DNA from: Octopus bimaculoides
Lineage: Eukaryota
Reading direction: 5' to 3'
Assembly: GCF_001194135.2 (NCBI RefSeq)
Contig: NC_068991.1
Span: 65,349,026-65,413,025 of the forward strand
Length of the DNA stretch: 64,000 nucleotides
In this document: in pieces, positions 37,996 through 50,393 of the stretch
How positions within the stretch are numbered: the stretch's first letter is position 1
Layout of the letters: each line of letters opens with the position of its first letter
Program-made: the position numbers and the translations under genes
The notes under the pieces: generated by a model
What the model was told of the DNA's origin: nothing
Database searches by the model: none
Seen by the model: the letters and a program-made list of their open reading frames with translations, nothing else

Positions 37996-38989
37996 GTTGG
38001 AATAGAGGAAGCAACTTTAGGAGGAGGAATTAGTTAATTATATCAACCCAATACTTAACTGGTATTCAATTTATCAACTCTGAAAGGGTGAAATCTAAAG
38101 TTGACCTTGATGATATTTTGAACTTGGGATGTAAAGAGCTAAAAGAAATACTGCTCAGCATTTTTATCCACCATGGTAATGATTCTGCCAGCTCACTACT
38201 TTGAGAGATAATAATAATAATACTGACTCCTCAAGTAGCATGTAAACTAAATGTGTTAATATGTAGTGAATTTGATAGGATATGAAACTATGCAAGAGAA
38301 ATCAGAAATTGAAAGTGCTATCTTGTCAGCTTTTGAGTCTTTAGAATTAGTTAATTGCAAGATATAAGAGGTCCTTGAAGAATTAGGTTAAAAAGTAATT
38401 GACTGATAAAAGAATCATGATAAAATGACAAATAACATTTAGTTTTGTTGCTATCAAATTGGCTATCAAAAAATTGCGTTGGAGAAATATGATTTAGAAT
38501 CCATTACGAGAAAGCTGTGAATAAATATTTATAAGGCACTGGAAAATAATGATTTTAAATATTTTGTATTTAGTTTTGTTTCACTAAGATTTGAGTTCAA
38601 ATACTATGAAGGTTGATTTTGTCTTTCTTTCTTTCTACTTGATATTATAAGTGGGTAAAGTAAGGTTGTGAGTTCAATTACTGGCAGCATGTTGTGTCCT
38701 TGAGCAAGGCACTTCCACATTACTCCAGTCCTCTCAGGTGACAAAAGTGAGTAGTACCTGTATATTGAAGGGACAGCCTTGTCACATTCTGTGTCACACT
38801 GAATCTCCGTGAGAGCTACATTAAGGACATGCATATCTATGGAGTGCTCAGCCACTTAGTAGAGGTTAAGCTCACAAGCAGGTTATTCCATTGATTGGAT
38901 CAACTGGAGCATCTATCATCATAACTGACAGAATATCTCCTCATAAAAATATCAGAGTGGGTTCAATAAACTATAATAAGTATCCTTAA

Positions 38990-39209
38990 CCCTTCCGTTA
39001 CCAACCCGGCTGAAACCGGTTCTGGCTCTGAGTACAAATGTCTTGTTTTCATAAGTTTTGAATTAAAATCTTCCATCAAACCTCAGTCACAATTTATGTT
39101 CCTAACACTAGCTGAATGATAACTAAGTTATTTTACTAAATTCTTTGATATATTTAAAGTAAATGAAAGAAACACAGAGCATCTCAAAATAAATACAGTA
39201 ACGAAAGGG
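38990..39209. mobile_element. piggyBac-like MITE family, copy 2
   Basis: TTAA at 38986-38989 and 39210-39213; reverse complement of 23135-23360. Confidence 0.85.
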
Positions 39210-39269
39210 TTAAGCAATTAACTTTGTTTTTAAGAAAGAAATCTATATTTACATCAAAAGACTGGACCT

Positions 39270-39620
39270 AATATTGAGGCTAGTAAACTGTTATTCCAAT
39301 TGTCTTCTGTGGTGCAGAAACTGGGATAATGTACACAGTAATGGAAAAGAAGATAGAAGTCTTTGAGATGTGAATCTTTCATAGATTGGGTAGAATAAGT
39401 TGGAAAGAAAGGGTAACAAACACTGCAGTACTATAAAAGGGGAAAATTCAAAGACATCTATTGCTGAGAATCAAGTCCACAAAGCTGTCATATTTTGGAC
39501 ATGTGATGCACCACTAGTCATCCCTCAAGACCTTCCTGACAGGAAGTGTGGAGGGGAAGAGAGCAAAATGGTGTCAAAAACATTTGTGGAATGATGACAC
39601 GAAGAATGGACTGGAAACAA
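39270..39620 (+). mobile_element. RTE (BovB-like) LINE remnant
   Basis: Across frameshifts: GAETGIMYTVMEKKIEVFEM..GRISWKERVTN..LLRIKSTKLSYFGHVM..LTGSVEGKR..WNDD. Confidence 0.8.
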
Positions 39621-40619
39621 GAGCTTGGCTGTTTGTATGCATGCAGCACAATACAGAGGGATCTGGAGTCTTGGCATGCTGGCCCTTAGACACAGGAAGA
39701 GCACTTGGCTGGTTGATCAAGTGGATCTCTTTACCCCAGAGTGGTTGGATATTTTGTGTTGATGTAATGTATTTTGATATCTTGAGCAAGTCACTCAGTC
39801 CCTCTTCAAATTATATACTCACAGGCAGAATTAAAATCACAAGCTAACAAAATGTTCATTAATTTTACAATGTTACTACTCCTTATAACAGTCAGTTATT
39901 CTTACTCAGTGGTGCCTATTTACAGCTGAGTGAACTGGATTATGTAGGAATACACTATGTAGGCCATACACTCAATGCAATATTGGTGACAGAGTATAAA
40001 ATTCTGACCCTTAAACTGGGGTTCAATTTCTTGTCAATACCACTATTTGTATTATAAGACACCAAAGAGCTAACAAGGGAGCATCTATAGTTGCTAGAAA
40101 CAACAGGAGCACTCCCACAAAAGCACTACCATATGTCAGCGTTTATACATGAAGGGCTGAGCTGGCTTCAACCAGTAAATCTACAGAAACTAACTACACT
40201 CAGTAATCACAGTCGTCCAACACAGGGATCATCAACTGACCGTGATTTCAAATGGTAGATGTATGCATGTGAGGACTAGATATCAGTTCAAGATCCAACC
40301 TGATTGTAGTAATTCACATTTTTCAACTGTCTGCCCAACTATTTATGCCATTCTGGGAGGGGCTTTAACCCAATGCATCACAGATGTGTTTGCTGCACGG
40401 GCGATGGAGTGCAAGGCTAAGACAACAATGGTAACTTTTGAGCAGTTGTTGGAGGAAATCCATCCAGCAGCAAAGATGAATTTTGGAATTTGACATAAAA
40501 TAATGAGGATTCAGTGAAGGCAAAAGTAGCCAGATACTTCTATCACTGTTTAAATATGATTATATCATTGTGCTTCTTGTTTGTGATGGCCCATCAAAGG
40601 TGATGGCAGCATTGTTCCA

Positions 40620-40970
40620 GGTCACTCATCCTCCTTTGCCTCCAGTACATTGTTTCTCATGGGAGTGACTGACAGACTGATATAAGTAAATGCAGTGGCA
40701 ATGAGGGCACTGAAAGGGATCCTACACAACAGCCATAGGGAATTGAGGACGATGTCTCCTCCTTTCTTCATGCAGTCTCCCGTGTTCAGTTCCAAAGCAG
40801 TTATATAGTGATGTAACTGATAGTCAGAGAGAGGTTGGGTAATAGTGTTGTAGAGGAGAAACAAGATATTAAGGTGCAATTTATGCTTTTTTATTTCATC
40901 CAAGAAGGGAAGGTAGTAGACACTTAAACCTTTTAAGTTTGCCCTCACTACACTCAGTGATGAGGACAAT
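40620..40970 (-). mobile_element. Possible decayed Penelope-like RT C-terminal region
   Basis: LPFLD and IPFS motifs in the 115-aa ORF weakly recall PLE RT (LPFLD..SIPYSQ). Very degenerate. Confidence 0.3.
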
Positions 40971-42363
40971 AGAAATGAGGGTCAATTCGAATTGCTGTAG
41001 GGAAAACACAAACAAGAGGGATTTCAATTGTGGACATGAATGTGACGCAAAGGTGATAAGGAAGGCAGCTGGGGTGAAGCACAGCTTTTGAGAGAAGGCA
41101 AGGAGATAAGGAGAAAGGTGGATAATGTGTGAGAGAGGGGGGAGAAATATAGTTGGGTTGATTAAAAATAAGGAAACAGTGCTTATGACTCTTTTCTGGG
41201 CCTTTGAGACAGTGGGTAGAAGGGAAGAATCTGTCTTTAGGCCAGAGATGCAATACTGACTTCATGTCTAGTGAGCCATTAGACACGATTCTCATATCAT
41301 GCTGACAGGACTATAATCAGCATGATACTGAGATTTTCAAGTAGGGGTTGCATGTTAGTCGTTGCTGAATGCTGCAGAAACTGTATGAGTGAGCACAGGA
41401 TGATCTGAGACCTTGACCATATTAATATCATTGTTCTTTTGATTCAAGCAGATCACAAATTCTCAAATACTGTTCAACAAGTTTACTGAAATGTAAATGT
41501 TCCTATAACACTAATGGCACCTTGATGTATCTTAGGCAAGGTAAGTACTAAATATTATCTAGGACAACAGAAAGAAAAACCAAACAAAAACCATCAGAAA
41601 ACCTGTTTTGTTGGTGGAATAATTAAACAATGTAAAAATTGAAGGCTACATTTGTATAGTGATTTAATATGAAATTCTTCCAAATGAAAATGAATAAATG
41701 TATGAACACAACATAATACTATTTATAAAACGACACAAACAGAAAACAACACAGCGTCAGGAATATTTTATCACAGGCAATTATTTACATAAGAGTCAAC
41801 TGTTTGGTTAATTATAACGACTTGTGTATTTACAAATGGTGGATTATCTTCCAGAGGGGGATTGGAAAGATAGAAGTAGTGTTACTCAATTTAAGTGATC
41901 GTGTCTATAACATTAACAAAACTATATTACAAAGGTTAGCCTTCTTCAATGCTAGGTCAGCTCGGAATCAATAGGCGCAAAAGAATAACGATGATGAAAT
42001 GCCTGTCAGAGACAGCTGAAAAGATCACAATGGGTGAAAAGAAATGATAGATGGAACTGAAAAGGACTACAGCAAGCCACTAAACATAGGAGGAAAGAAA
42101 CCTAGTTTGAAACTGCAAGTTCATGCTGTGGCCTTTGTGGCTGAGACACAGGCTCACCCAAAGATTCTGAGTTCAAACCCCGGCGATCTTTCGATACCAA
42201 TCCTCCTTTTTGCTTCAGTTTTCTCTCCCAGGGAGTGTGAAAGAGAGAGAGAGAGAGAGAAAGCGAGAGATAAGTGACGTGTTTTTAAGAGAGTGTGAAA
42301 GAGAAAGCGAGAGATAAGTGACGTGTTTTTAAGAGAGTGTGAAAGAGATAGAAAGAGAAAGCG

Positions 42364-42381
42364 TTAGGGTTAGGGTTAGGG
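42364..42381 (+). repeat. (TTAGGG)3 at a gap edge
   Basis: Direct reading; abuts the N-gap at 42383-42710. Confidence 0.9.
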
Positions 42382-42754
42382 GNNNNNNNNNNNNNNNNNN
42401 NNNNNNNNNNNNNNNNNNNNNNNNNNNNNNNNNNNNNNNNNNNNNNNNNNNNNNNNNNNNNNNNNNNNNNNNNNNNNNNNNNNNNNNNNNNNNNNNNNNN
42501 NNNNNNNNNNNNNNNNNNNNNNNNNNNNNNNNNNNNNNNNNNNNNNNNNNNNNNNNNNNNNNNNNNNNNNNNNNNNNNNNNNNNNNNNNNNNNNNNNNNN
42601 NNNNNNNNNNNNNNNNNNNNNNNNNNNNNNNNNNNNNNNNNNNNNNNNNNNNNNNNNNNNNNNNNNNNNNNNNNNNNNNNNNNNNNNNNNNNNNNNNNNN
42701 NNNNNNNNNNACAGAAACACTTGTTTGACAAGAGTTCTTCCCCAGAAGATTTCT

Positions 42755-42973
42755 GGTACTACTAAAGCAGCGCGGACCCGAATGCGCAGTCGCGCGTCCG
42801 CGCTATCTAGTCGTGAGTGGTCGATCCTAACCCTAACCCTAAACACGTATTCATTTGCACACGCGGGTTAGGGTTAGGGATAGGGTTAGGGTTAGGGTTA
42901 GGATCGACCACTCAAGACTAGCTAGAGCAGACGCGCAACTGCGCGTTCGGGTCCGCGCTGCTTTAGTAGTACC
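42755..42973. mobile_element. Foldback MITE with telomeric repeats and 9-bp TSD (Mutator/Merlin-like ends)
   Basis: TSD aagatttct at 42746-42754 and 42974-42982; 88-bp TIRs starting GGTACTACTAAAGCAGCGCGG with 6 mismatches; CCCTAA repeats in the left arm and TTAGGG repeats in the right arm. Confidence 0.9.
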
Positions 42974-44299
42974 AAGATTTCTCTGCTGTCCATTCACCCC
43001 AAGGCGTGTTTCCACTTAGAAGACCTTTATTTTTCTGAACATTAACCCCATCAAACTTACAAACCTGAGAGAACCAACAAAAGTTATGCTTATTGTCCCT
43101 TCCTTAGTCTAAATAATAGTTGTTTCTAGCATAGATGAAAATGAGTAATGACAGTAGTAAATGTTAATGATAGTGGAAGAGCTGTTGATAGATATGATGA
43201 GGATAAAAATTATTGTTGTTTGGTCTCAGATCGGTGCGGATTGAGCAAATCAATCTATGATTACAGATATTTCAGCTATGACAAAACTAAGTTTTAAATT
43301 CATTCCTCCTCCTCATCATTGAACATCCAACTTTTCCATGCTTGCATGATGAGTTGGAGAGAATTTGTTGCGGCAGATTTTCTACTGCCCGATGCCCTTT
43401 TGCCACCAACTTTCACTTGTTTCCAAATAAAGTAATATTTCTTCATGGCCAGGCATGTTCTCATGGAAGACTGGAAATGAAGGAAATCACCAAGCACAGT
43501 GACATTTGTTTATAACTGTTATGTGACATCAAGACAGGGAGACATCAACTCACACACACACACACACTACACATACATACACATGACAAGGCTTCTTTTC
43601 AGTTCCATTTACCAAATCAACTCAAAAGACTTTTGTTAGCAAGACAACACTAGCCCATGGTTCCACACAGTGGAACTGAACCTGAAACCATGTGGTTGGG
43701 GAAGCAAGTATCTTAACCACACCTGTAATAGTAAATCCTAAATATCCATTGTACTTTTCCTTTCCATTTCTTTTTAACAGTAGGGTTAAACATGAAGAAG
43801 ATTTTTAGTTCTTTTCAAGTATGTTTAGTGGTAACATAGGACATTTCTCCATAATGATGATGGGGGTGATAAATGTATGTTATATAAAAACTTTGTGCCA
43901 CATACAGACACAACAATGATTTCATTAGTGAAATATGATACAATAAGAGATTGAACATGGTTGAAATTATCTCCTGCAAACAACAGGACTTATTCCACAA
44001 CACAGATTTGAATAACCTTGCTATTTAACACTCCATTCTTTGGTCTCTTATCAGACATTTAATTGAATTAATTTGTTGAACATTCACAACACATGCAGAG
44101 AAAGAATATTTAATTTTATATGGAAATTAATTGATAGGGTGTATAAGCTTATACTTTTTTGGGGGGAAAATACTGTCCGATGCAACAGTATTTCTATTGT
44201 GAATGTTTTCTACACACACATACATACATACATTCAGTACTGGAAGGCCTACTTATGTCATAAGCATAGTTCCACTTCCCCGTGACAAAGCTATATATA

Positions 44300-44348
<49 letters not shown>

Positions 44349-45390
44349 TATATACACATACACACACTTCCTCCCTCTCTCATACAAATGCATATGTGTG
44401 TGTTGAAAAACTACTATTTCAAATGAGGAAAGCCTAATTTTTTAACTTATTCTTAATATTCCATATATATTCAGATTCCAATTAAATATTGGTTTTAATT
44501 ACAACTTTCTTCTAAAGATCTGGCATTTCAAGAAGATTATGCAATCATTCACCTAACAATTAACACACAACATACTAATATTCACTTGTGAAACACATGT
44601 AAAGATTATGAAATTTATGGTGTTACAATAAAAAAAAAAAAAGAATCTATTTTATTCTGCTCCCCTCTGTTAGGCAGTATAGACACACACATGTATACAC
44701 ATGGCTGGAACTTCTGCCAAGCAAGTTCTATCACAAGGCTTCAGTCGGCCTGAGGTTATAGCAGAAGACACTTGCCCAAGGTGCCATGCAGTGGAACTGA
44801 ACCTGAAACCATGTGATTGAGAATCAAGCTTCCCAACTGCATAGCCATGCCTATAAGATATGCATACTCTTGTGGGTAGAGGACTGGTTGCGGTTAAGAG
44901 GTTTGTTGTAGAACCATGTAGTTCTGGTTTTGGTACTACTGTAAGGCATCTTGGGCAAATGTCACAGGTTGAGCAACACCTTTTGAGTAGAAATTTGGTA
45001 GACAGAAACTTTGCAGAAGCTTATGTATATATGTATGTATATGTGTGTGTGTGTGTTTCACTGATATATATTGGAAAACCTTGAAATATTTGTTCTACTC
45101 TGAGTTACAGATATTTATCACTTCATGCACCAGAATTGTATTTGAACCAGTGAAGTGTTTGGTCCACTTATATATTGGAGGAAGCCAAAAAGTCGAGAAT
45201 TCTAGAGGAATTTGGTAGCTCCTTGGCTGATTTAACGTTTCCCTCTGATATGTTTTTTAACATGTGTCTAGAAGACATTTTATCTGATGAAAACTGCAGA
45301 ATCTTGCCTGATAACGATGTATATTCGTTGGTTATTTGAATTTAATACTGTTCATTTGAGTATACTGGCTCAATTATTATTTTCGGTATA

Positions 45391-45736
45391 CCTACACAAG
45401 TGTGCCGCCCACCACCTCGACTTCGCTTTCTCATAATATTCAGTAAAATAGGTAGTTTTTGATCAATTTCACAGGGTGTAAATTATTATAATTATATCGG
45501 AATGTAAGAAGGGGGGGTGATGGGCACACGCATAATGACACACAGAATTATGCGATATGTGTCACAAAATTTTTACCGCATTAAATTCCGACATAATCGT
45601 CATCTACTTCATCTAAAGGGTGTTTGTAGAAAATTTCCTAAAAACAACACAAGGAAAAAAGAAAAAAAAAATACCCATTTTTTTCTGGAAGTTATGAGGA
45701 AACAAATTCGATGGCGTGGGGGGACACTTGTGTAGG
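45391..45736. mobile_element. MITE with TA TSD and about 70-bp imperfect TIRs
   Basis: TA|cctacacaagtgt ... acacttgtgtagg|TA (13-bp perfect), with similarity extending about 55 bp further in. Confidence 0.75.
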
Positions 45737-45749
45737 TATGCCCTATTTT

Positions 45750-46400
45750 TTATGAGTTCAGATACGAGAATAATCGCACTAAAATAACCACTACGACAAA
45801 AAAGCTGACTGCAGCACAATGTGACCGGAAATCCTTTTACGGTTGCAAGAAGTTTGACGAAGTAGAAGTGAAACACCAATCATAAATACAAAACGCCGGT
45901 ATTTAGTGAACTGAGTTACCCGAGATAATACGCTACCTTATCTAACACTCCTTTGACATTGTTGTGTGTTCAAAATTAAATGCTCCAATGACTGACTCAA
46001 CTGTAACCGCAAATGATTTTGCTCATAAATTAGGTATAAAATAAATGGAAAACACTCTTTCCGTATAAGCCAACGACGTAAAATCCCACACTTTTCAGCC
46101 TAGCCTCTTTACCTATGTCACGAGGGATCAATGTGTGGGTGAATGTCGTCTACTAATACCGAAAGATTGCCGAAGTAAAAATGAGTCTAAAGAACTCTAA
46201 CAATCTATACACTACTGTTTCTTTTTAATTCGAAGATTTTAATATGATAAACATAAATCTGTCCTTGTGCTTATTCTACGTTAGAAATGATGATAATAGA
46301 CATAAATAGAAGCCATCAGACCGAGTTGCCAGCACCCTGTGGATTGTAAAAATATTAAGTTATCGACAACAATGGCTGTTAGGAAATAATTTAGAAAATA
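45750..46400. promoter_or_regulatory. CpG-retaining, non-repetitive, promoter-like region
   Basis: Roughly 15 CpG in 45780-46200 versus very few in 43800-44700; CCGGAA near 45824; CCAAT near 45876. Confidence 0.4.
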
Positions 46401-46566
46401 ATATCTCAGAGGCGCCATTCATGTAAAACAATGAGTCAACAAGAGTGCCACTATGTGGTCACACGACTTGCTAAAAATAGCATTTAAATTCTCCCAGATT
46501 TATATCCTGTCATCTTAAAATAATACGGGACAATGTAATTCAAAATAATATTAAAAAGACGTAATG

Positions 46567-46948
46567 TTATTGGCACTCCTTCGCTTACGACGTCGAGGGT
46601 TCCAGTTGATCCGATCAACGGAACAGCCTGCTCGTGAAATTAACGTGCAAGTGGCTCAGCACTCCACAGACACGTGTACCCTTAACGTAGTTCTCGGGGA
46701 GATTCAGCGTGACACAGAGTGTGACAAGTCTGGCCCTTTGAATTACAGGTATAACAGAAACAAGTAAGAGTGAGAGAAAGTTGTGGTGGAAGAGTACAGC
46801 AGGGTTCGCCACCATCCCCTGCCGGAGCCTCGTGGAGTTTTAGGTGTTTTCGCTCAATAAACACTCACAACGCCCGGTCTGGGAATCGAAACCGCGATCC
46901 TATGACCGTGAGTTCGCTGCCCTAACCACTGGGCCATTGCGCCTCCAC
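46567..46948 (-). mobile_element. Full-length SINE family B, CpGs largely intact
   Basis: Complete head to tail; flanked by a long direct repeat (see findings). Confidence 0.92.
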
Positions 46949-47264
46949 ACGGGACAATGTAATTCTAAAAAGACGTAATGACTATGCCATTATAATACTT
47001 CTAATCACAGGCCTGCTCAATCGTAGTTAACCTGGGGTTAAATAAGACAACTGGCGCTAACATATTAGTGCTTCTTGGTCTCCAGAGTCACATGAAAGTG
47101 AGTGTAAAAGGTATTTTTCTGGGTAAAGAGTAGAAACGAATAAACTCAAGGAAAGGCGAGATACTAAGTAGCAAAAACCAGCGATTGCAATGCTTTGCTG
47201 TTGATTCTGTTTTTTGTTTTTTTCGTATTTTGCCCATGGACCTTTTGTATATTATTCATGCCTT

Positions 47265-47644
47265 TTATCTTTTACTTGTTTCAGTCATTAGACTGCGGCC
47301 ATGCTGGGGCACCGCCTTGAAGAACTTTTAGCTGAACGTATCGACTCCAATACTTTTTTTATATTTTTACTTATTCTATCGATTTATTTGCCGAACCGCT
47401 AGTTATGGGGACATAAACACACCAACACCGGTTGCCAAACGGTGGTGGGGGCACAAACACAGACACAAATATATATATGCATATATACAATGGGCTTCTT
47501 TCAGCTTCTGTCTACCAAATCCACACAACGCTTTGATTGGCCCAAAGCTATAGAAGACACTTGCCCAAGGTGCTATGCAGTAGGACTGAACCTGGAACCA
47601 TGGAGTGGGGAAGCAAGTTTCTTACCACAAAGCCATGCCTGTGC

Positions 47645-47645
<1 letters not shown>
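47265..47645 (-). mobile_element. SINE family A
   Basis: Match to the full copies. Confidence 0.85.
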
Positions 47646-47681
<36 letters not shown>

Positions 47682-48289
47682 TATATATATATATATCATC
47701 ATCGTTTAACGTCCGCTTTCCATGCTGGCATGGGTTGGACGGTTTGACTGAGGACTAGTGAGCCAGAGGCTACATATACATATANNNNNNNNNNNNNNNN
47801 NNNNNNNNNNNNNNNNNNNNNNNNNNNNNNNNNNNNNNNNNNNNNNNNNNNNNNNNNNNNNNNNNNNNNNNNNNNNNNNNNNNNNNNNNNNNNNNNNNNN
47901 NNNNNNNNNNNNNNNNNNNNNNNNNNNNNNNNNNNNNNNNNNNNNNNNNNNNNNNNNNNNNNNNNNNNNNNNNNNNNNNNNNNNNNNNNNNNNNNNNNNN
48001 NNNNNNNNNNNNNNNNNNNNNNNNNNNNNNNNNNNNNNNNNNNNNNNNNNNNNNNNNNNNNNNNNNNNNNNNNNNNNNNNNNNNNNNNNNNNNNNNNNNN
48101 NNNNNNNNNNNNNNNNNNNNNNNNNNNNNNNNNNNNNNNNNNNNNNNNNNNNNNNNNNNNNNNNNNNNNNNNNNNNNNNNNNNNNNNNNNNNNNNNNNNN
48201 NNNNNNNNNNNTCTATACCTTGTGGTATTTCATCATGGCCGGTATGACAGACTGCAACAGACTATATATATATATACACACACATTTAT

Positions 48290-48336
<47 letters not shown>

Positions 48337-48684
48337 AATATATATAATGAGGGCACATAGCCTAGAGGTTAGGGTGTTGGACTCATAATTACGAGATCAT
48401 GGTTTCAATTCCTAGAGTGGGTAGTGCATTGTGCTCTTGAGCAAAACACTTCATCTCATTTTACTCTGTGATCACTTTGACACTTGATGCATGGTACACG
48501 GTGCACCTGTTCAGACAATGTTGATTTGATGGAGAGAGTGACCTAATGTGTGGCATGAACATTTGACCACTATAAACAAGTCATTCATGCAGGTCGTTTG
48601 GCAAAAGTTCAATGCTCATTTGTTATCTTCGCCGAGAGAGTCCACCAAACATGCATACTTACATATATGAGAGAGACATTGTTT

Positions 48685-49045
48685 ATCTGTTTTAGTCATT
48701 AGACTATGGCCATGCTATAGCACCACCTTCAAGAACTTTTAGTTGAATGAATTGATCCCAGTCCTTATTTTTCTTTAAGCCTGGTACTTATTACATCGGT
48801 CCCTTTTTACTGGAACTGCAATGTTATGGGAACATAAACAAACCAACACCGGTTATCAAGCACTGGTGGGGACAGGCAGATACAAAGACAGACACACACA
48901 CAATGGGCTTCTTTCAGTTTCTGTCTACCAAATCCATTCGCAAGGCTTTAGTTTGCCTGAGGCTATAGTGGAAGACACTATTTCCAAGGTGCCACACTGT
49001 GGGACAAAACCTGGAACCATGTAGTTGGGGGTAAGCTTCTTACCT
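48685..49045 (-). mobile_element. SINE family A, degenerate
   Basis: Match to the full copies. Confidence 0.8.
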
Positions 49046-49980
49046 ATTCACAAACGTTGGCAATGCTAATGTAAGCAAAACTTTAATAAATTGTTTAAAA
49101 AATAGGTAACAAAAAAAGTACAAAACAATCTAAAAGCTTCTGACTTCTCAAGGCCCACAAATACATAAGAAAGGGCCTGAGGTCACCAGAATATACCCCT
49201 CTCCCAGTGGTCCTGAAGCCCACCTGTTACTGATTTTTATTTTGAAGAAAGCATCCAGGTGTGATATTGTCCTTATTGAAGTTGAAACCATAAAATCTAC
49301 TGATGACATCCCTAACTATCGTGAGCAAAGCATGGTTATTAACCAACAACTAAAGTGTATTGAATGTTTACAAAAGAGAACAATTAACACTGAATACATG
49401 AGACACAATTATTTTTCTGCAAAATTATGGCGTCCTTCATCACATTTGAACATTTACTCTTGAAAAACACGTTCATTTTTCTGACCTGCAAAGCACTCAC
49501 GTTTAGCAGGGTAAACACTTTCACAGGGATCAGAAACAAAAAAAGTGCCGACATATTTAATGTAAGAAGCATTAAGCTCATTAGAAATAATTATGTAGCA
49601 AAGGAAAGGTGAATTCTGCTCATAAACATAATTATAGGATAAGGTAGTGACAGAGTTTCTCTACCTGGTTGCTCAACCTGTTAGAAATAGCTATGTCTCT
49701 CTGAAATTACACTACCGTCTTAAAAGAAAAAAAAGGGGTGGTGTATAAGTAGATATCCCTAAAAAGTGATGGTTATAGTTGGAATGCCGGAATGTCTTTA
49801 ATCATAGCGCTACTCGACCAGAGGTGACTAAAGGATAAACAACAGCTAATCAAACAAGGCTTTTTGATGTAGCTGTTAAGCCTCTGGCTATCTCTAATGA
49901 AGCCTACTTTATGTTGTAAGGCATTCCAACAGTGACAATCCACTCTTATTTTCAGATGTTGAAAACATTTATTTAGGACT

Positions 49981-50180
49981 CTCTCTCTTTTACTCTTTTT
50001 ACCTGTTTCAGTCATTTGACTGCGGCCATGCTGGAGCACCGCCTTTTTAGTCGAGCAAATCGACCCCAGGACTTATTCTATCGATCCCTTTTGCCGAACC
50101 ACTAAGTTATGGGGATGTAAACACACCAGCATCGGTTGTCAAACGATGTTGGGGGGACAAACACAGACACACAAACATAT

Positions 50181-50231
<51 letters not shown>

Positions 50232-50393
50232 CATATATATGACGGGCTTCTTTCAGTTTCTGTCTACCAAATCCACTCACAAGGCTTTGGTCGACCCGAC
50301 GCTATAGAAGACACTTGCCCAAGGTGCCACGCAGTGGGACTGAACCCGGAGCCATGTGGTTGGTAAGCAAGCTACTTACCACACAGCCACTCC
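49981..50393 (-). mobile_element. SINE family A, near full length
   Basis: High identity to 58271-58684. Confidence 0.9.

Noticed and set aside
45555-45600. Apparent start exon MSEFNA|GTAAAA on the minus strand
   Set aside because: It lies inside the 45391-45736 MITE and has no independent support.
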